Shown here piece after piece: positions 10,449 to 20,398 of a stretch of DNA of 64,000 nucleotides (position 1 is the first letter of the stretch; each line of letters opens with the position of its first letter). A model generated the notes under the pieces. It did not search any database. It was given only the letters and a program-made list of their open reading frames with translations, and had not been told where the DNA came from. The stretch spans positions 8,796,911 through 8,860,910 of the forward strand of contig OZ253507.1 in the NCBI GenBank assembly GCA_965262245.1, in the 5' to 3' direction. The stretch is from Candidatus Marinacidobacterales bacterium. GTDB lineage: Bacteria; Acidobacteriota; Vicinamibacteria; Marinacidobacterales; SMYC01. Position numbers and translations under genes: made by a program.

Positions 10449-10644
10449 ACGAACCAGGTCTTTTTACAGCCGATTACAGGAGTAAACCCGGCAGGGTCGA
10501 GGGCTGGCGCGGTACTCCGAGCTTTGAGGACTCTGTGCTCCTCAAGCAAGTAGACGATAGCGGCCTGGTCACGCTGGATCCAACCAGCCACAGCGACGAC
10601 CAAGAACGTCCAGGGTTGGATCGGCGTGCTCATGACGGAGCATT

Positions 10645-10809
10645 CTAGTCCCCTGTATCAGTAGTTCGTTGCATAAAGCTCGAAGTCATTTTGTGCGCTG
10701 GCGAGGCGCGACGACGACTTCATATCTAGATATTCTGAGGAGGAGCAACGAAGCCAGCACGCAAAAGGACCCGAGATTTATGTGACGAATTACTGATACA
10801 GGGGACTAG
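10645..10809. mobile_element. MITE-like element, 157 bp, with 16-19-bp terminal inverted repeats (TCCCCTGTATCAGTAG) and flanking CTAG duplication
   Basis: ctagTCCCCTGTATCAGTAG ... TTACTGATACAGGGGActag. No coding capacity. A related solo terminus lies at ~27102. Confidence 0.65.
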
Positions 10810-10943
10810 CTTCCTTTGGCGAAGTAAGCGTTAGACGCGTCTATCCGAAACGCCCCGGCTGACGCGGGTCTTGAGTTCGTTCGTGTTTTTGGACAGGACG
10901 GGATAGCGTCGTTGTCCGAGCTCCGATCAAGCCGACGGCACAC

Positions 10944-10986
10944 CCAGCGGCCTCGCACCCCAAGTCGGGAGCCGCTGGGTTTTTGG
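10944..10986 (+). terminator. rho-independent terminator candidate
   Basis: cccagcggc-N18-gccgctggg stem followed by TTTTT. Confidence 0.45.
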
Positions 10987-11114
10987 GCCACCACTCGATG
11001 CTAGATTAGTGCCGCCGGGCTGGCATCGTTGCAACGCCCGCGCTTCGCGTGGGCTAGCCCTCCGCCCGACAGGGTCGCTGCGGGAGGCGGCACGGCAAGC
11101 CCTCCGCCACGCCG

Positions 11115-14100
11115 TCACGGCTGCCGGCCGGTTGAGGACTCTCCGTTACTCGACTCGGTGGCTCCCAGGATTCCGTCGAGCTTTTCCACTTGCTCCCGAA
11201 GTGCGCCTTCCAGTTGCTCGTAACGCTCGTAGGCGTCTCGGCCGGGCCGCTGGTCGGTGCGCCTCAAGTTCTGATAGAGGTAAACGAGCTGGTCCAAGAT
11301 CATGGGCTCGGCCTTCCACACGCTTCCAGCTTTGGGCAGCGCGGGGAGCAGCGCCTTTTTGATCTCGAGGAGAGTCTCGTCGTCGGGCCGTTGTTCGAGC
11401 GCCTTGTCGAGTCGGGTTGCAGCCCGGCGCGCGCTGCTGAGGGCATCACGCGTTTTGAGAACGAGCTCGACCTGAGCGGTGACGTCCGCCTCGGTGACCG
11501 TGCCTTCCTTGACGATTCGGGGATCCATCCTTGTTTCGAACGAGACGGTTTGCGTCCAATCTCCCGAAGTGAGTCGCGCCCGGTAGGTTCCCGGCGCCGC
11601 CATAGGTCCGTCTCGGCCGGATCGCTTCTCATCGGAATCCCACGGACCGTCATGCAAAAGATCCCAAAGGAAGCGATGCATCCCGGCGCTTTTCTCTAGC
11701 GCCGGACGTTCGAGCTCCGACTCGCCCATGCTGACCTGCTCGGGCACTACGTTCTGCTCGCTTGACGCCTCGCTCGAGTAGGCACGGATGACGTTTTCCT
11801 GCCCGTCGAGAATCTCGAGCTGGATCTCTCCCGCCGGCTCGGTGGCCAAGTAGTAGTCGATGTTGGCCCCGGGGAGTGGGTACTGAGGCTCGCTGGGTTC
11901 TGGAGTGCGGCTGAATCGGCGAGGGTAGAAAAGACGATAGGCATCCTTGACCTCGAAAAGATGGCTCTCCGCAGACGCCACTTTGTCGTCGATCTCGTGA
12001 AGCGGCGTCACGTCGTACAAGATCCAAAAACCCCTGCCCATCGTGGACAGCACCAGATCCTCGTTTACCACCTTGATGTCGGTCACCGGTGTGACAGGCA
12101 AGTCGAGCTGAAACGACTGCCAGTGTGCCCCGTCATCGAACGAGAGGAACATCCCGAACTCGGTTCCCGCGTAGAGCAGCCCCTCTCGATCGGGATCCTC
12201 CCGGACTACCCGGACCGGGTAGTCGTTGGGAATGCCGTTCTCCCCGGTTGTGATCCGCGTCCAGCTCTCCCCGTAATCCTCGGTTTTGTAGACGTGGGGG
12301 GTGAAGTCGTCGAGCATGTATCTCAGGATGGAGATGTATGCCTTGGATGGCTTGTGGGGGGACACCTCGATTTGCTGAACTCGGCCATAGGGTCCGAGCC
12401 CGGAAGGGGTCACGTCCTTCCAGTTCTTCCCGTTGTCCCGAGTGATATGGATGGGCCCGTCATTGGCGCCTACCCAGACCACCCCCCGCTCATGTGGCGA
12501 CTCCTGGATGTCGTAGATGGTGCTGAAGTGCTCCTCCCCGGTTGCATCGATGGTGATCGGTGTGCCGGAGAGCACCTGGGTTTCCGTCGTGAAGGCGGTG
12601 AGGTCCGGGGATATAGTCTGCCAGGACCTGCCGGCGTCCTCGGTCACGTGCACGTAGTGCGAGGTATGGTAGACCCGATTCGGATCGTGCGGAGAGACGT
12701 GGATGGGCGACACCCTCTGGAAGCGGAATCGGAGGTCTTTCGGGTTGAAACCGTTGATGTTCCAAAATCCTACGTAATAATGTTGCTCCTGGCCCGTGCG
12801 CCGGTTGTAGAGGCTGAAACGGCCCTTGCATTCGGCGTAGACAAGGTCGGCATCACCCGGCTTGGGAACCACCGGTCCGGTCTCGCAACCGCCGTGGGTT
12901 TCCCATAGCGCCGTGTGCCCGCCGGGCATGCTCCGCGGCGGAAGGCTCGGAAGGGAGATGGTCGTGTTGTCTTGCTGCCCCGCGTACATCCGATAAGGGA
13001 ACTCATCGCTCACGTCCACCTGATAGAGCTCCGCGGTCGACTGGTTGTGCATACTGGACCAAGTCTTGCCGCCATCGAGGGTGACGACCGCCCCTCCGTC
13101 GTTCGCTTGGATGAAGATGTGCGGGTTATCGGGGTTGATCCACATGTCATGGTTGTCACCGTGGGGTATGGTCTGGCGATCCCAAGTCTTGCCGCCGTCC
13201 TCGGATTTGTAGTACCCCTCGGCCATCGCCCAAAGCGTGTCCGGATCCTTCGGATGAGCATCGAGGTTGCAAAAGTAGAAGGGGCGGTAGAGGATCTCTT
13301 TGTGGTCCGAGACTTGAGACCAGCTCCCGCCGCGATCGTCGGAGCGGTAAACGCCGCCCTCGTCGCCGGGCGCTTCGATCAACACATAAACCCTATCGGG
13401 GTCGGCCGCCGAGACGGCTAGATCCGCTTTTCCTCGGAGGCCGTTCGGGAGGCCATTCGTCAACTGGGACCAGTGATCCCCTCCGTCAGTGGATTTATAG
13501 ACCCCTCCCTCGTCGCCGCCGCTGATGATGGTCCAGGGCTTGCGCTCCGCGAGCCACATGGTGGCGTAGATCTCATCCGGATTGTCCGGGGCGAACTCGA
13601 GGTCGACGGCGCCCGTTTTCTCCGATATGTACAGCACCTTCTCCCAGGACTCTCCTCCGTCCCTCGACCGGTAGACCCCACGCTCGGGGTTCGCGCCAAA
13701 CGGGTTGCCGATGGCGGCGACGTACACGAGATCCGGGTTGCGCGGATGGATGAGGAGCGCTCCACTATTGCCCGTCTTCTCGAGGCCGATATGCGTCCAG
13801 GTCTTCCCGGCGTCGGTGGACTTGTAAACGCCTTTTCCGATGATCACGTTGCTTCGGATTCCGTCCGAGCCGGTGGCGACGTAGACGATATTGGGATCCG
13901 ACTCGGCAACCCGGATGGCGCCAATCGAGCCGGTGGCAAAGTAGCCATCGGAGATGGGGTGCCAGGTGTGGCCGTAATCGGTGGTCTTCCAGACGCCACC
14001 TCCGCTCGCTCCCATGTAGAACGTCGACGGCTGGTCCCGGTGGCCGGCAACCGCGGTCACCCGGCCTCCCCGGGACGGGCCCACCGTCCGATAGGACAGA

Positions 14101-14222
14101 CCAGAGAAAAGTGCCGGAGCGTAGATCTCGTTGCCGGACGCGGGAAGAGTTTCACCGACCAGCATCGAGACCTGACTGTTTACCAGCAGGGCGAGCGCGC
14201 CCACGACCCACTTCATCTGCAT
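11115..14222 (-). CDS. secreted BNR/Asp-box repeat protein (sortilin/VPS10-like, glycosyl-hydrolase-like beta-propellers), 1035 aa
   Basis: N-terminal signal peptide. Many S-x-D-x-G-x-T-W Asp-box repeats (YKSTDAGKTW, YRSRDGGESW, YKSEDGGKTW and others). Confidence 0.8.
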   Translation of the reverse strand: MQMKWVVGALALLVNSQVSMLVGETLPASGNEIYAPALFSGLSYRTVGPSRGGRVTAVAGHRDQPSTFYMGASGGGVWKTTDYGHTWHPISDGYFATGSIGAIRVAESDPNIVYVATGSDGIRSNVIIGKGVYKSTDAGKTWTHIGLEKTGNSGALLIHPRNPDLVYVAAIGNPFGANPERGVYRSRDGGESWEKVLYISEKTGAVDLEFAPDNPDEIYATMWLAERKPWTIISGGDEGGVYKSTDGGDHWSQLTNGLPNGLRGKADLAVSAADPDRVYVLIEAPGDEGGVYRSDDRGGSWSQVSDHKEILYRPFYFCNLDAHPKDPDTLWAMAEGYYKSEDGGKTWDRQTIPHGDNHDMWINPDNPHIFIQANDGGAVVTLDGGKTWSSMHNQSTAELYQVDVSDEFPYRMYAGQQDNTTISLPSLPPRSMPGGHTALWETHGGCETGPVVPKPGDADLVYAECKGRFSLYNRRTGQEQHYYVGFWNINGFNPKDLRFRFQRVSPIHVSPHDPNRVYHTSHYVHVTEDAGRSWQTISPDLTAFTTETQVLSGTPITIDATGEEHFSTIYDIQESPHERGVVWVGANDGPIHITRDNGKNWKDVTPSGLGPYGRVQQIEVSPHKPSKAYISILRYMLDDFTPHVYKTEDYGESWTRITTGENGIPNDYPVRVVREDPDREGLLYAGTEFGMFLSFDDGAHWQSFQLDLPVTPVTDIKVVNEDLVLSTMGRGFWILYDVTPLHEIDDKVASAESHLFEVKDAYRLFYPRRFSRTPEPSEPQYPLPGANIDYYLATEPAGEIQLEILDGQENVIRAYSSEASSEQNVVPEQVSMGESELERPALEKSAGMHRFLWDLLHDGPWDSDEKRSGRDGPMAAPGTYRARLTSGDWTQTVSFETRMDPRIVKEGTVTEADVTAQVELVLKTRDALSSARRAATRLDKALEQRPDDETLLEIKKALLPALPKAGSVWKAEPMILDQLVYLYQNLRRTDQRPGRDAYERYEQLEGALREQVEKLDGILGATESSNGESSTGRQP

Positions 14223-14473
14223 GGTTCCATGCCTCCTCGAGAAGTCTCGCGTGATGCTAGATGGCCAAGAGTTGGAAAGTCAAGAGGTAGACGTGATGCT
14301 CAGCTCACCACCGCCCCGCTCGTTCTGCTCCTCGCAGCCGCCAGCTTGATCTGGAAGGGACTCGCCGACAACTTGACGACTGGGGTATTAGTCGTCGCCA
14401 AGGGTCCGCGCAAAGAATAAGTTCGCATTTTCCGGCGTCGAGGCGCCCGTCTGGCAAGGCGCGAGGCGCGAAT

Positions 14474-14485
14474 AATATCTAGATA
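14474..14485. promoter_or_regulatory. perfect 12-bp palindrome ATATCTAGATAT about 30 bp upstream of the aldolase start; candidate operator
   Basis: The same palindrome, preceded by a GGCGAGGCGCGA motif, also occurs inside the MITE at 10722-10733. Confidence 0.35.
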
Positions 14486-14515
14486 TGTGAGCGCGGCACG
14501 AGAGAGAAAACCCAG

Positions 14516-15298
14516 ATGCCCAACCTCAAAGACCGGTTCCGCGACGGTGAGATTCTGGTCGGAACCTGGCTCAATGGGCCGGTCGCTTCGCAGGTCGAGA
14601 TCATCGGGGGCGCCGGCTTCGACTTCGTGATTCTCGACTCAGAGCACAGCTCCTACGGCCTTGACCAGTGTGAGGACCTCGTGCGCGCCGCCGATGCTGT
14701 GACGTTGCCTTGCCTCGTCCGCGTGGCTCCGGGCGATGCGCGAGAGGTCGGCAAGGCGCTCGACTTCGGAGCTCAGGGCATCATCGTTCCTCACGTGAGC
14801 TCTGACGAAGAGGCACGCGCTTCCGTTCGGTACGCTCACTTTGCGCCACAGGGCGCGCGCGGCGCGGCGCCGACGGTGCGAGGCGCCCGCTTCGGACGCA
14901 CGGCCTGGAAAGACTACCTCGCCCAGGCGACGTCCGAAACGATGGTGGTGCTCCAGATCGAGGGCCAGGAGGGGATCGATCAGCTCGACCGCATCATGTC
15001 GGTGGAGGGCGTGGATGTTCTCTTCGTCGGCACGTTCGATCTTTCGGAATCGCTGGGGGTCTCGGGTCAGCTCGACCATCCGAAGCTTCTGGACGCCGTC
15101 GCCCATATCGTCCGTCGGGCGCGGGAGAAAGAGATTGCGCTGGGTCTGTGGATGCCGAAGCCCGAACAGGTGGGGCCGTGGATCGAGCGCGGCGTCCAGA
15201 TGATCACCGTCGCCAACAACGACATGATCTTCTTCGAGGCCTGCCGGGCCGTCGCGGAAGCGGTGAAGGCCCGCATCGCGGATCGGTCGGCGTCGTGA
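14516..15298 (+). CDS. HpcH/HpaI-family aldolase (2-keto-3-deoxy-sugar acid / 2,4-dihydroxyhept-2-enedioate aldolase class)
   Basis: 260 aa; TWLNGP..VEIIGGAGFDFVILDSEHS ... GIIVPHV pattern of HpcH-family class II aldolases. Confidence 0.75.
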   Translation: MPNLKDRFRDGEILVGTWLNGPVASQVEIIGGAGFDFVILDSEHSSYGLDQCEDLVRAADAVTLPCLVRVAPGDAREVGKALDFGAQGIIVPHVSSDEEARASVRYAHFAPQGARGAAPTVRGARFGRTAWKDYLAQATSETMVVLQIEGQEGIDQLDRIMSVEGVDVLFVGTFDLSESLGVSGQLDHPKLLDAVAHIVRRAREKEIALGLWMPKPEQVGPWIERGVQMITVANNDMIFFEACRAVAEAVKARIADRSAS

Positions 15299-16346
15299 CG
15301 GACCCGACGCCGGCGAGAATCGGATTCGCCGCGCCGTTGACAGGCGACCAGGCGATCGTGGGCGTGCCCATGCGCCAATGCGCCGAGCTCGCCGTCGAGG
15401 AGATCAACGCGCGGGAGTCGGCTCCCTTCCGATGGAAGCTGGTGGCGGAAGACGACCGGGCCGATCCCAGGGTGGCCGTCGACGTCGCGCGCCGCTTCGT
15501 CGACGACCCCGCCGTCATCGGTGTGGTGGGACACAAGAACAGCGGTCCTTCGGAGGCGGCAGCGCCCATCTACGCCGAGGCTGGTCTCGCCCAAATGACG
15601 CCTTCGTCGACCAATCCGGCTTTGAGCCGAAAGGGTTATCGCACCTTCTTCCGCCTCTGCGCGCACGATACCCGGCAGGGCGAGGAGGCGGCTCGCTTCG
15701 CGGTACGCTCGCTGAAGGTGGCGACGGTCATCGTGATCCACGACGGCACGAGCTACGGCAAGCCTCTGGCCGAAGTGACGCGGGATACCTTCCTCGCCGA
15801 GGGGGCCAACGTTGTGCTGTTCAAAGGTATCGTGCCGGGAGAACGTCGCTATCCGGAGACCGTCGCCTGCATCCGGGACCTGAGGCCGGAGCTCGTCTAT
15901 TTTGCCCTCACGGAGATCGAGAGCTCGATTCTGGCGCGGGAGCTGAGAGCTGCCAACGTCGATGCCGCGCTCTTCGGAACCGATGGGAGCCGGCAGTCGC
16001 AGTTCCTTCCACTCGCCGGCGAAGCGGCGGAGGGAGCGTATCAGACCTACGCCGGGGTCGACCCGGAGAGCGCGCCGACGGCGCAGAACTTTGTAGAGTC
16101 GTTCAACGCCCGCTACGGGCCGGCGCCCGTTTACGGCGCCGAGGTCTACGATGCGACGCGAGTATTGATCGACGCAGCGGAGCGGGCAGATCGTCTCGAC
16201 CGTTCGCGTGTTCTGGGAGAGGTGGCGGGAGGCCGTTTCGAAGGCATCACCGGCACGATCCGCTTCGATGCGAGCGGCGAGAGGCGTGATGCAGCCGTCA
16301 GCGTCTGGCAGGTGCGAGAAGGGCAAATGGAGCTAGTTCCGTTCCA
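15295..16346 (+). CDS. Leu/Ile/Val-type (type I periplasmic-binding-protein fold) ABC substrate-binding protein. Likely GTG start overlapping the aldolase stop. The true stop is probably ~16346 after correcting a GGG homopolymer
   Basis: IGFAAPLTGDQAIVGVPMRQCAELAVEEINA is typical of branched-chain-amino-acid-binding proteins. The ORF track reads through to 16593, but dropping one G at ~16330 gives ..VWQVREGKWS*, a typical family C-terminus. No obvious signal peptide. Confidence 0.6.
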
Positions 16347-16495
16347 ACTTGTTTCGCCTAGTACGATCGCCGCTGAATCCAGGTTGGAGCCACATTCGAA
16401 AGCTCCCGGCCCTAGGCGCAGATCGTTGGGACGGCTTACTAGTCGGTCTCGCCCAGGACCTTGCTGCAGGCTGGCGGGGCCCACCAGAGGAAAGA

Positions 16496-16526
16496 CCCCG
16501 ATCGTTGTGCCGATCGGGGTTTTTTC
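16496..16526 (+). terminator. rho-independent terminator (CCCCGATCG-loop-CGATCGGGG followed by T6) downstream of the aldolase/binding-protein pair
   Basis: 9-bp perfect GC-rich stem, 6-nt loop, TTTTTT tail. Confidence 0.65.
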
Positions 16527-16619
16527 TTCCCTCCCGACTTGTAACCCTACGCCAATCCAGTCCAGTTTGGTCGTGTTCCAGTTCGTGGGCTGAAGGATCC
16601 ATGTCGGCGAGAGTACAGG

Positions 16620-17426
16620 GCGTGTCCCCTCTGGCCGGAGACCGTGGATGCACTTCGGACTTATCTCCAACAACGCGACGATGGAAACCAGCCGGATGCG
16701 CCCCTCTTCCTGAATGCGCACCGCAGACGGCTCTCCCGCTTCGGCGTCGTCACGATCTTTAAACGACACGTCGCGACCGCGGCCACCAACCAACCGTCCC
16801 TCGCGGCAAAGCGCATCGGTCCTCACACTATGCGACACTATGTCGGGTCCCGGACTATGTCGAGTCGTTACTAAACGACGCCGCAGAAGGACTCCGAGGC
16901 GGTGTTTACTCGACATAGTCCGAGGTTGTTCTGGAAGACCAAAAGCCGAGGCCGTACCGAGCTGACAAGAGCTAATGTTGCAGAACCCCTATGAATTCCG
17001 TATCGACCGTCTCTCACATCTTTCGGCTAGAGGACAGGTGCCGAATAGGCGATTGAGAAACCTCCGTTTTATGTCGGCTAACACTCGTATCGCTTCCGGC
17101 CGCAATCCACTGAAAACCGGGGAATTTCGTTCGAGTGCGAAGACTCTACTCGACATAGTCCGGAACCCGACATAGTGTCGCCTATGTCTTTGAAGACATA
17201 GCGACATACGGCTGCCATGCATCTGCTCCAGTCTGGTGTCGAGCTCAACGTCATCAAGTCGTGGCTCGGGCACGTTAGTATCACCACGACGAGCCAGTAC
17301 ATCGAGATCGACATGGAGATGAAGCGCGAGGCACTCGAGCGCTGCACCCCGCCGGTCCCCGTGACCACAGGTGACAGACCCTGGCACTCCCAGAGCGATA
17401 TCATCCAATGGCTCGAGGACCTGTGA
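16620..17426 (+). pseudogene. tyrosine recombinase (XerC/D-like integrase) 3' remnant, further split by a MITE insertion between ..HTMRH and TAAMHLLQSG..
   Basis: LFLNAHRRRLSRFGV and the HxxR box (HTMRH) lie in ORF 16644..16874; LLQSGVELNVIKSWLGHVSITTTSQY (the C-terminal Tyr region) lies in ORF 17217..17426. The N-terminal half of the integrase is absent. Confidence 0.7.
16831..17207. mobile_element. MITE-like insertion, ~370 bp, with ~35-bp imperfect terminal inverted repeats rich in GACATAG/CTATGTC motifs; splits the integrase HxxR box
   Basis: Left ATGCGACACTATGTCGGGTCCCGGACTATGTCGAGTCG matches the right-end reverse complement GCGACACTATGTCGGGTTCCGGACTATGTCGAGTA at 34 of 36. An extra internal copy of ACTCGACATAGTCCG at ~16911. 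Flanking GCGACA(C/T) is a possible duplication. Confidence 0.6.
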
Positions 17427-17482
17427 GCCTCCGAAACTTATGTGAAGTAATACGTCGCCCGTGCTGTCGAGACCCGCCTCAA

Positions 17483-17893
17483 TCAAGGCTCGTCGGCCGC
17501 GACGTCCATGCTACTCCACATATCCGCAAGCTTCACATAACTTGAATTTTCCTTCGCCATCGTGAGCACGAGCTCACGTATCGTTTCCATCACGCGAGGT
17601 CGCCCTGGACCGCGGCGATGGCTCCCATCGTACTTTGCCGCGATGAGCTCTCTGTACCAGCGCAACAATGTGTCAGGTGTCACGAGGTCAGCGATTTCCC
17701 TCAGGCTCTCCCGGCACAACGCCTTCGCCTTCGCTGCCAGGCGCCGACGCTGGTCATCCGTGAAACTTAGGCGACGGGCACCGAGCTGCTCCCGGAGCAC
17801 TCGATTCTCTTCCTTCAGGTACTCGATTACATCCAATCCGATCGGCGACCTCCGCCCTCTGTCCGGGTTGACGTCGCTGAAGCGCCTGGTCAT
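17483..17893 (-). pseudogene. N-terminal HTH fragment (136 aa) of an rve-type DDE transposase
   Basis: ..[69 protein letters not shown].. matches the N-terminal domain of a widespread HTH+rve transposase family. It stops where the catalytic domain should begin. Confidence 0.6.
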
Positions 17894-18348
17894 GAATCAC
17901 GCCGCGCTCTCCGGCTTGACGTCGCTCGAGGTACTGGGTCTCGATCATAATCGCATCCGCGATATCAGCGCGCTGGCTGATCTCGATGAGCTGCGGACGC
18001 TCTCTCTCAGCTTCAACCAGATCAGCGACGTGAGCCCTGTGGCCACGCTCGCCTCACTCGAGACGTTCCGCGCCGGCCACAACGAGATCGGCGACATCGG
18101 TCCGCTGGCTGGCCTCGAGAGGCTTCGCGAGCTGCACCTGGAGGCTAATCAGATTGATGACATCGCCGCCCTCTCGGGAAACGCGTAGCTTCGCCGCATG
18201 TTCTCGTGGCCAACGAAATCTCCGACCTCTCGCCACTGGCCGACAACGGTGGTGTCGGGGAGGGCGATAGCGTATATCTGGGCGCTAATCCCATCGACTG
18301 CCAGGATCAGGCTGAGCAGTACGACGCGCTAACCCCGGAACGGAGCTA
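17830..18348 (+). pseudogene. leucine-rich-repeat (internalin-like LRR) protein fragment, 5'-truncated with one frameshift near 18185
   Basis: Repeating L..L..L.L..N.I.DISPLA.L units in ORF 17562..18188 continue in another frame (VANEISDLSPLADNGGVGEGDSVYLGANPIDCQDQAEQY) to ~18348. Confidence 0.55.
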
Positions 18349-18585
18349 ACGTGTTCCCCTCCTGCAGGTAGCTGAGCGGGATTGTCTGGACATCCGATTG
18401 TAGGATGGGCGAGACACCTGAACCTTGGCTCCTGTCGATCCGAAACGGCTACGCCAGTACCGATAACGGCGCGGGACCCGTGGGTCGAACCGACCGATGC
18501 CATCCGCTTCGACAGGCTTGCCAAACGGCTCGAGGACGGCTAACCTAGTGCCTCGCTTCGGAAATCCATCGTTGGGAGGGCGCGA

Positions 18586-19311
18586 ATGGAGCCGAGAGCC
18601 ACGAGTCTTTTGCAGATCGTCGATCGCCAGTTCCGCAGATGGGAGCTCCTGCGCGAAAAGCATCGCGCGGATGCGAAGCCTGTCCACTGGCCTATCATTA
18701 CCATCGCCCGCGAGTTTGGCGCCCGAGGGGAGGCACTCGGTCGAACGCTCGCGGAGGGAATCGATTTCTCCTTCTGGGACCAAGAGCTGGTCCACGCCAT
18801 GGCGGAGGAGTCGGGTGCGAACGAAGCCTTGCTCGCGACCCTCGACGAGTATCGCCGCAACGTCATCGAGGACAGTGTGGACGGCGCGCTCATGGGCGGA
18901 AAATACATGAACAGCGCATATATACGGCGCCTCGTCAACCTGGTGCATACGATCGCGACCCAGGGGAGAAGCGTCGTCGTGGGCCGCGGCGCTCACTATG
19001 TGGTGGCCCCCGATGAGGCGCTTCGAGTTCGAGTCGTGTGTTCGCTTGAAGAGCGTGTCCGCCGGTACAGCGAGCACGAGGGAACGAGTCTCGATGCCGC
19101 CCGCAAGATTTTGGATCGTGAGGACGCTGCGCGTGCCCGCTTCCTGCGCCACAACTACGGGAGCGATGGGACGAACCCGGCCGACTACGACTTGATCGTC
19201 AATACGGGACCGATACCGCTCGAGCGGGCTGCCGCGCCGATCCTCGCCGCCTACGAAGCGAAGTTTGCTCGCAGACCCGGGGAGGCGGAAACAGAACCCC
19301 TCAGATCTTGA
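18586..19311 (+). CDS. cytidylate-kinase-like family protein (P-loop NTPase, PF13189-like)
   Basis: PIITIAREFGARGEALGRTLAEGIDFSFWDQELVHAMAEESG matches the cytidylate-kinase-like family start; 241 aa. The longer antisense ORF 18346..19386 was rejected. Confidence 0.6.
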   Translation: MEPRATSLLQIVDRQFRRWELLREKHRADAKPVHWPIITIAREFGARGEALGRTLAEGIDFSFWDQELVHAMAEESGANEALLATLDEYRRNVIEDSVDGALMGGKYMNSAYIRRLVNLVHTIATQGRSVVVGRGAHYVVAPDEALRVRVVCSLEERVRRYSEHEGTSLDAARKILDREDAARARFLRHNYGSDGTNPADYDLIVNTGPIPLERAAAPILAAYEAKFARRPGEAETEPLRS

Positions 19312-19389
19312 TCGCCAGGTCGGCGCCGTCGCGGGAGGAGAAACCTCGTAGGTGACTGCCATGGAGCAGACGCGTGTCGCTTCCACTTA

Positions 19390-20266
19390 GCTCTTGATCG
19401 CCAGAACGTCTTCGATCGCCGCGCGGTCCACTCGACCCTCATTTCGAAGGATCTGCCGTTTGGCCACCTCGTGTGAGACAACATCACCTGAGTCAGCGGC
19501 CTCCAGAGCGCGATCGATCTTCTTCTTAACGTAACGTCCAAGATCGAAAGCGTGAAAGGGTGGAGCAGCTGGTTCTGGAGAAGAGCTTGCTTCCGTCGAG
19601 AGCCGAGCACACGTCGTACTTCTTCCAAATGAGAGATGGGGAAAACCGCGCGCCCGCTTCGTTGAACTCCGTCACGAGAAACTCTGACGGCGCCCTTTCG
19701 CCATCGAGCGGCAATATCCAGAGGTCGTTCCCGGTGCTCGAATTCTGTTCCTCGTAAGCGAGGACGGCGCCGTCGGGAGACCAGGAGGTAATGATGACGG
19801 GGCACTCGTTCGAGAACAGGCGCTCGGCTTCCCCGCCGCCATCCGCTCGCATCTTGTCGAAGTGATGTGAATCGGACGTCGAAAGGAAGATGACACTCGC
19901 CCCATCCGGGGACCAAACCGGCGTTTGGGCGCTGGCGTCCATGGTGAGACGCGTTCTTGTGTCGCGAACCAAATGGAGTATCCAGATAACGTTGTCCGCA
20001 TCGGTGGCCAAGCGTTGGCCGTCGGGCGCGATGCGTGGATGATAGCTAGCTCCGCCGAGAAGACTCGACGTCCCGAGTCGGTCGACCCACGTGAGCTGTT
20101 GGTTGGCCGAGGTCCCCGGCACGTAGGCGAGCGAGCCGTTGTCCGAGACGGCAAAATGGGCGGCGTTTTCGAGCGCCCAGATGTCGTTGGCCAACAAGGT
20201 TGGGGCGTCAGTGATTCGCAAGCGCATCGGATCGAAGGGCACCGTGACTAAGCGCGCGCGCTCCAT
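19390..20266 (-). pseudogene. TolB-like PD40 (WD40-like beta-propeller) repeat protein fragment; N-terminal domain missing and C-terminus frameshifted
   Basis: Repeated ..SPDG..LAY.. and ..SWSPDGAVLAYEE.. propeller motifs. The reading frame decays after ..EAGARFSP; the continuation appears in the overlapping ORF 19251..19916. Confidence 0.5.
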
Positions 20267-20398
20267 CGCCTAAAGGCGATGGGTTCGGTCGCCGACTAAA
20301 GTCGGCCAGGCCTTGCCGCGATTCGCTATTCGCTTACCTTGAAACTATCGTCGTCCTGGGGCACGTCACCTTGGAGCTCTATGTACTTCGCTATAACC

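Noticed and set aside
10445-10648. 68-aa ORF (MNEPGLFTADYRSKPGRVEGW...) overlapping the ylbF stop and ending at the MITE boundary
   Set aside because: No motif, and it ends exactly where the MITE inserted; more likely a read-through artefact than a gene. Left as uncertain.
15067-16326. 419-aa minus-strand ORF, and the plus-strand ORF 15378..16289
   Set aside because: Alternative frames of the binding-protein gene; Arg/Gly-rich and without domain signatures.
16329-16407. 78-nt stretch whose first and last 6 nt are complementary (GGAGCT...AGCTCC), at the integrase junction; possible tRNA integration target
   Set aside because: No D-arm or T-arm pairing, and no TPsiC-like loop, could be built on either strand; the length match alone is not enough.
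18346-19386. 346-aa minus-strand ORF longer than the plus-strand gene it overlaps
   Set aside because: The plus-strand 241-aa protein has a clear cytidylate-kinase-like P-loop start; the minus ORF is low-complexity.
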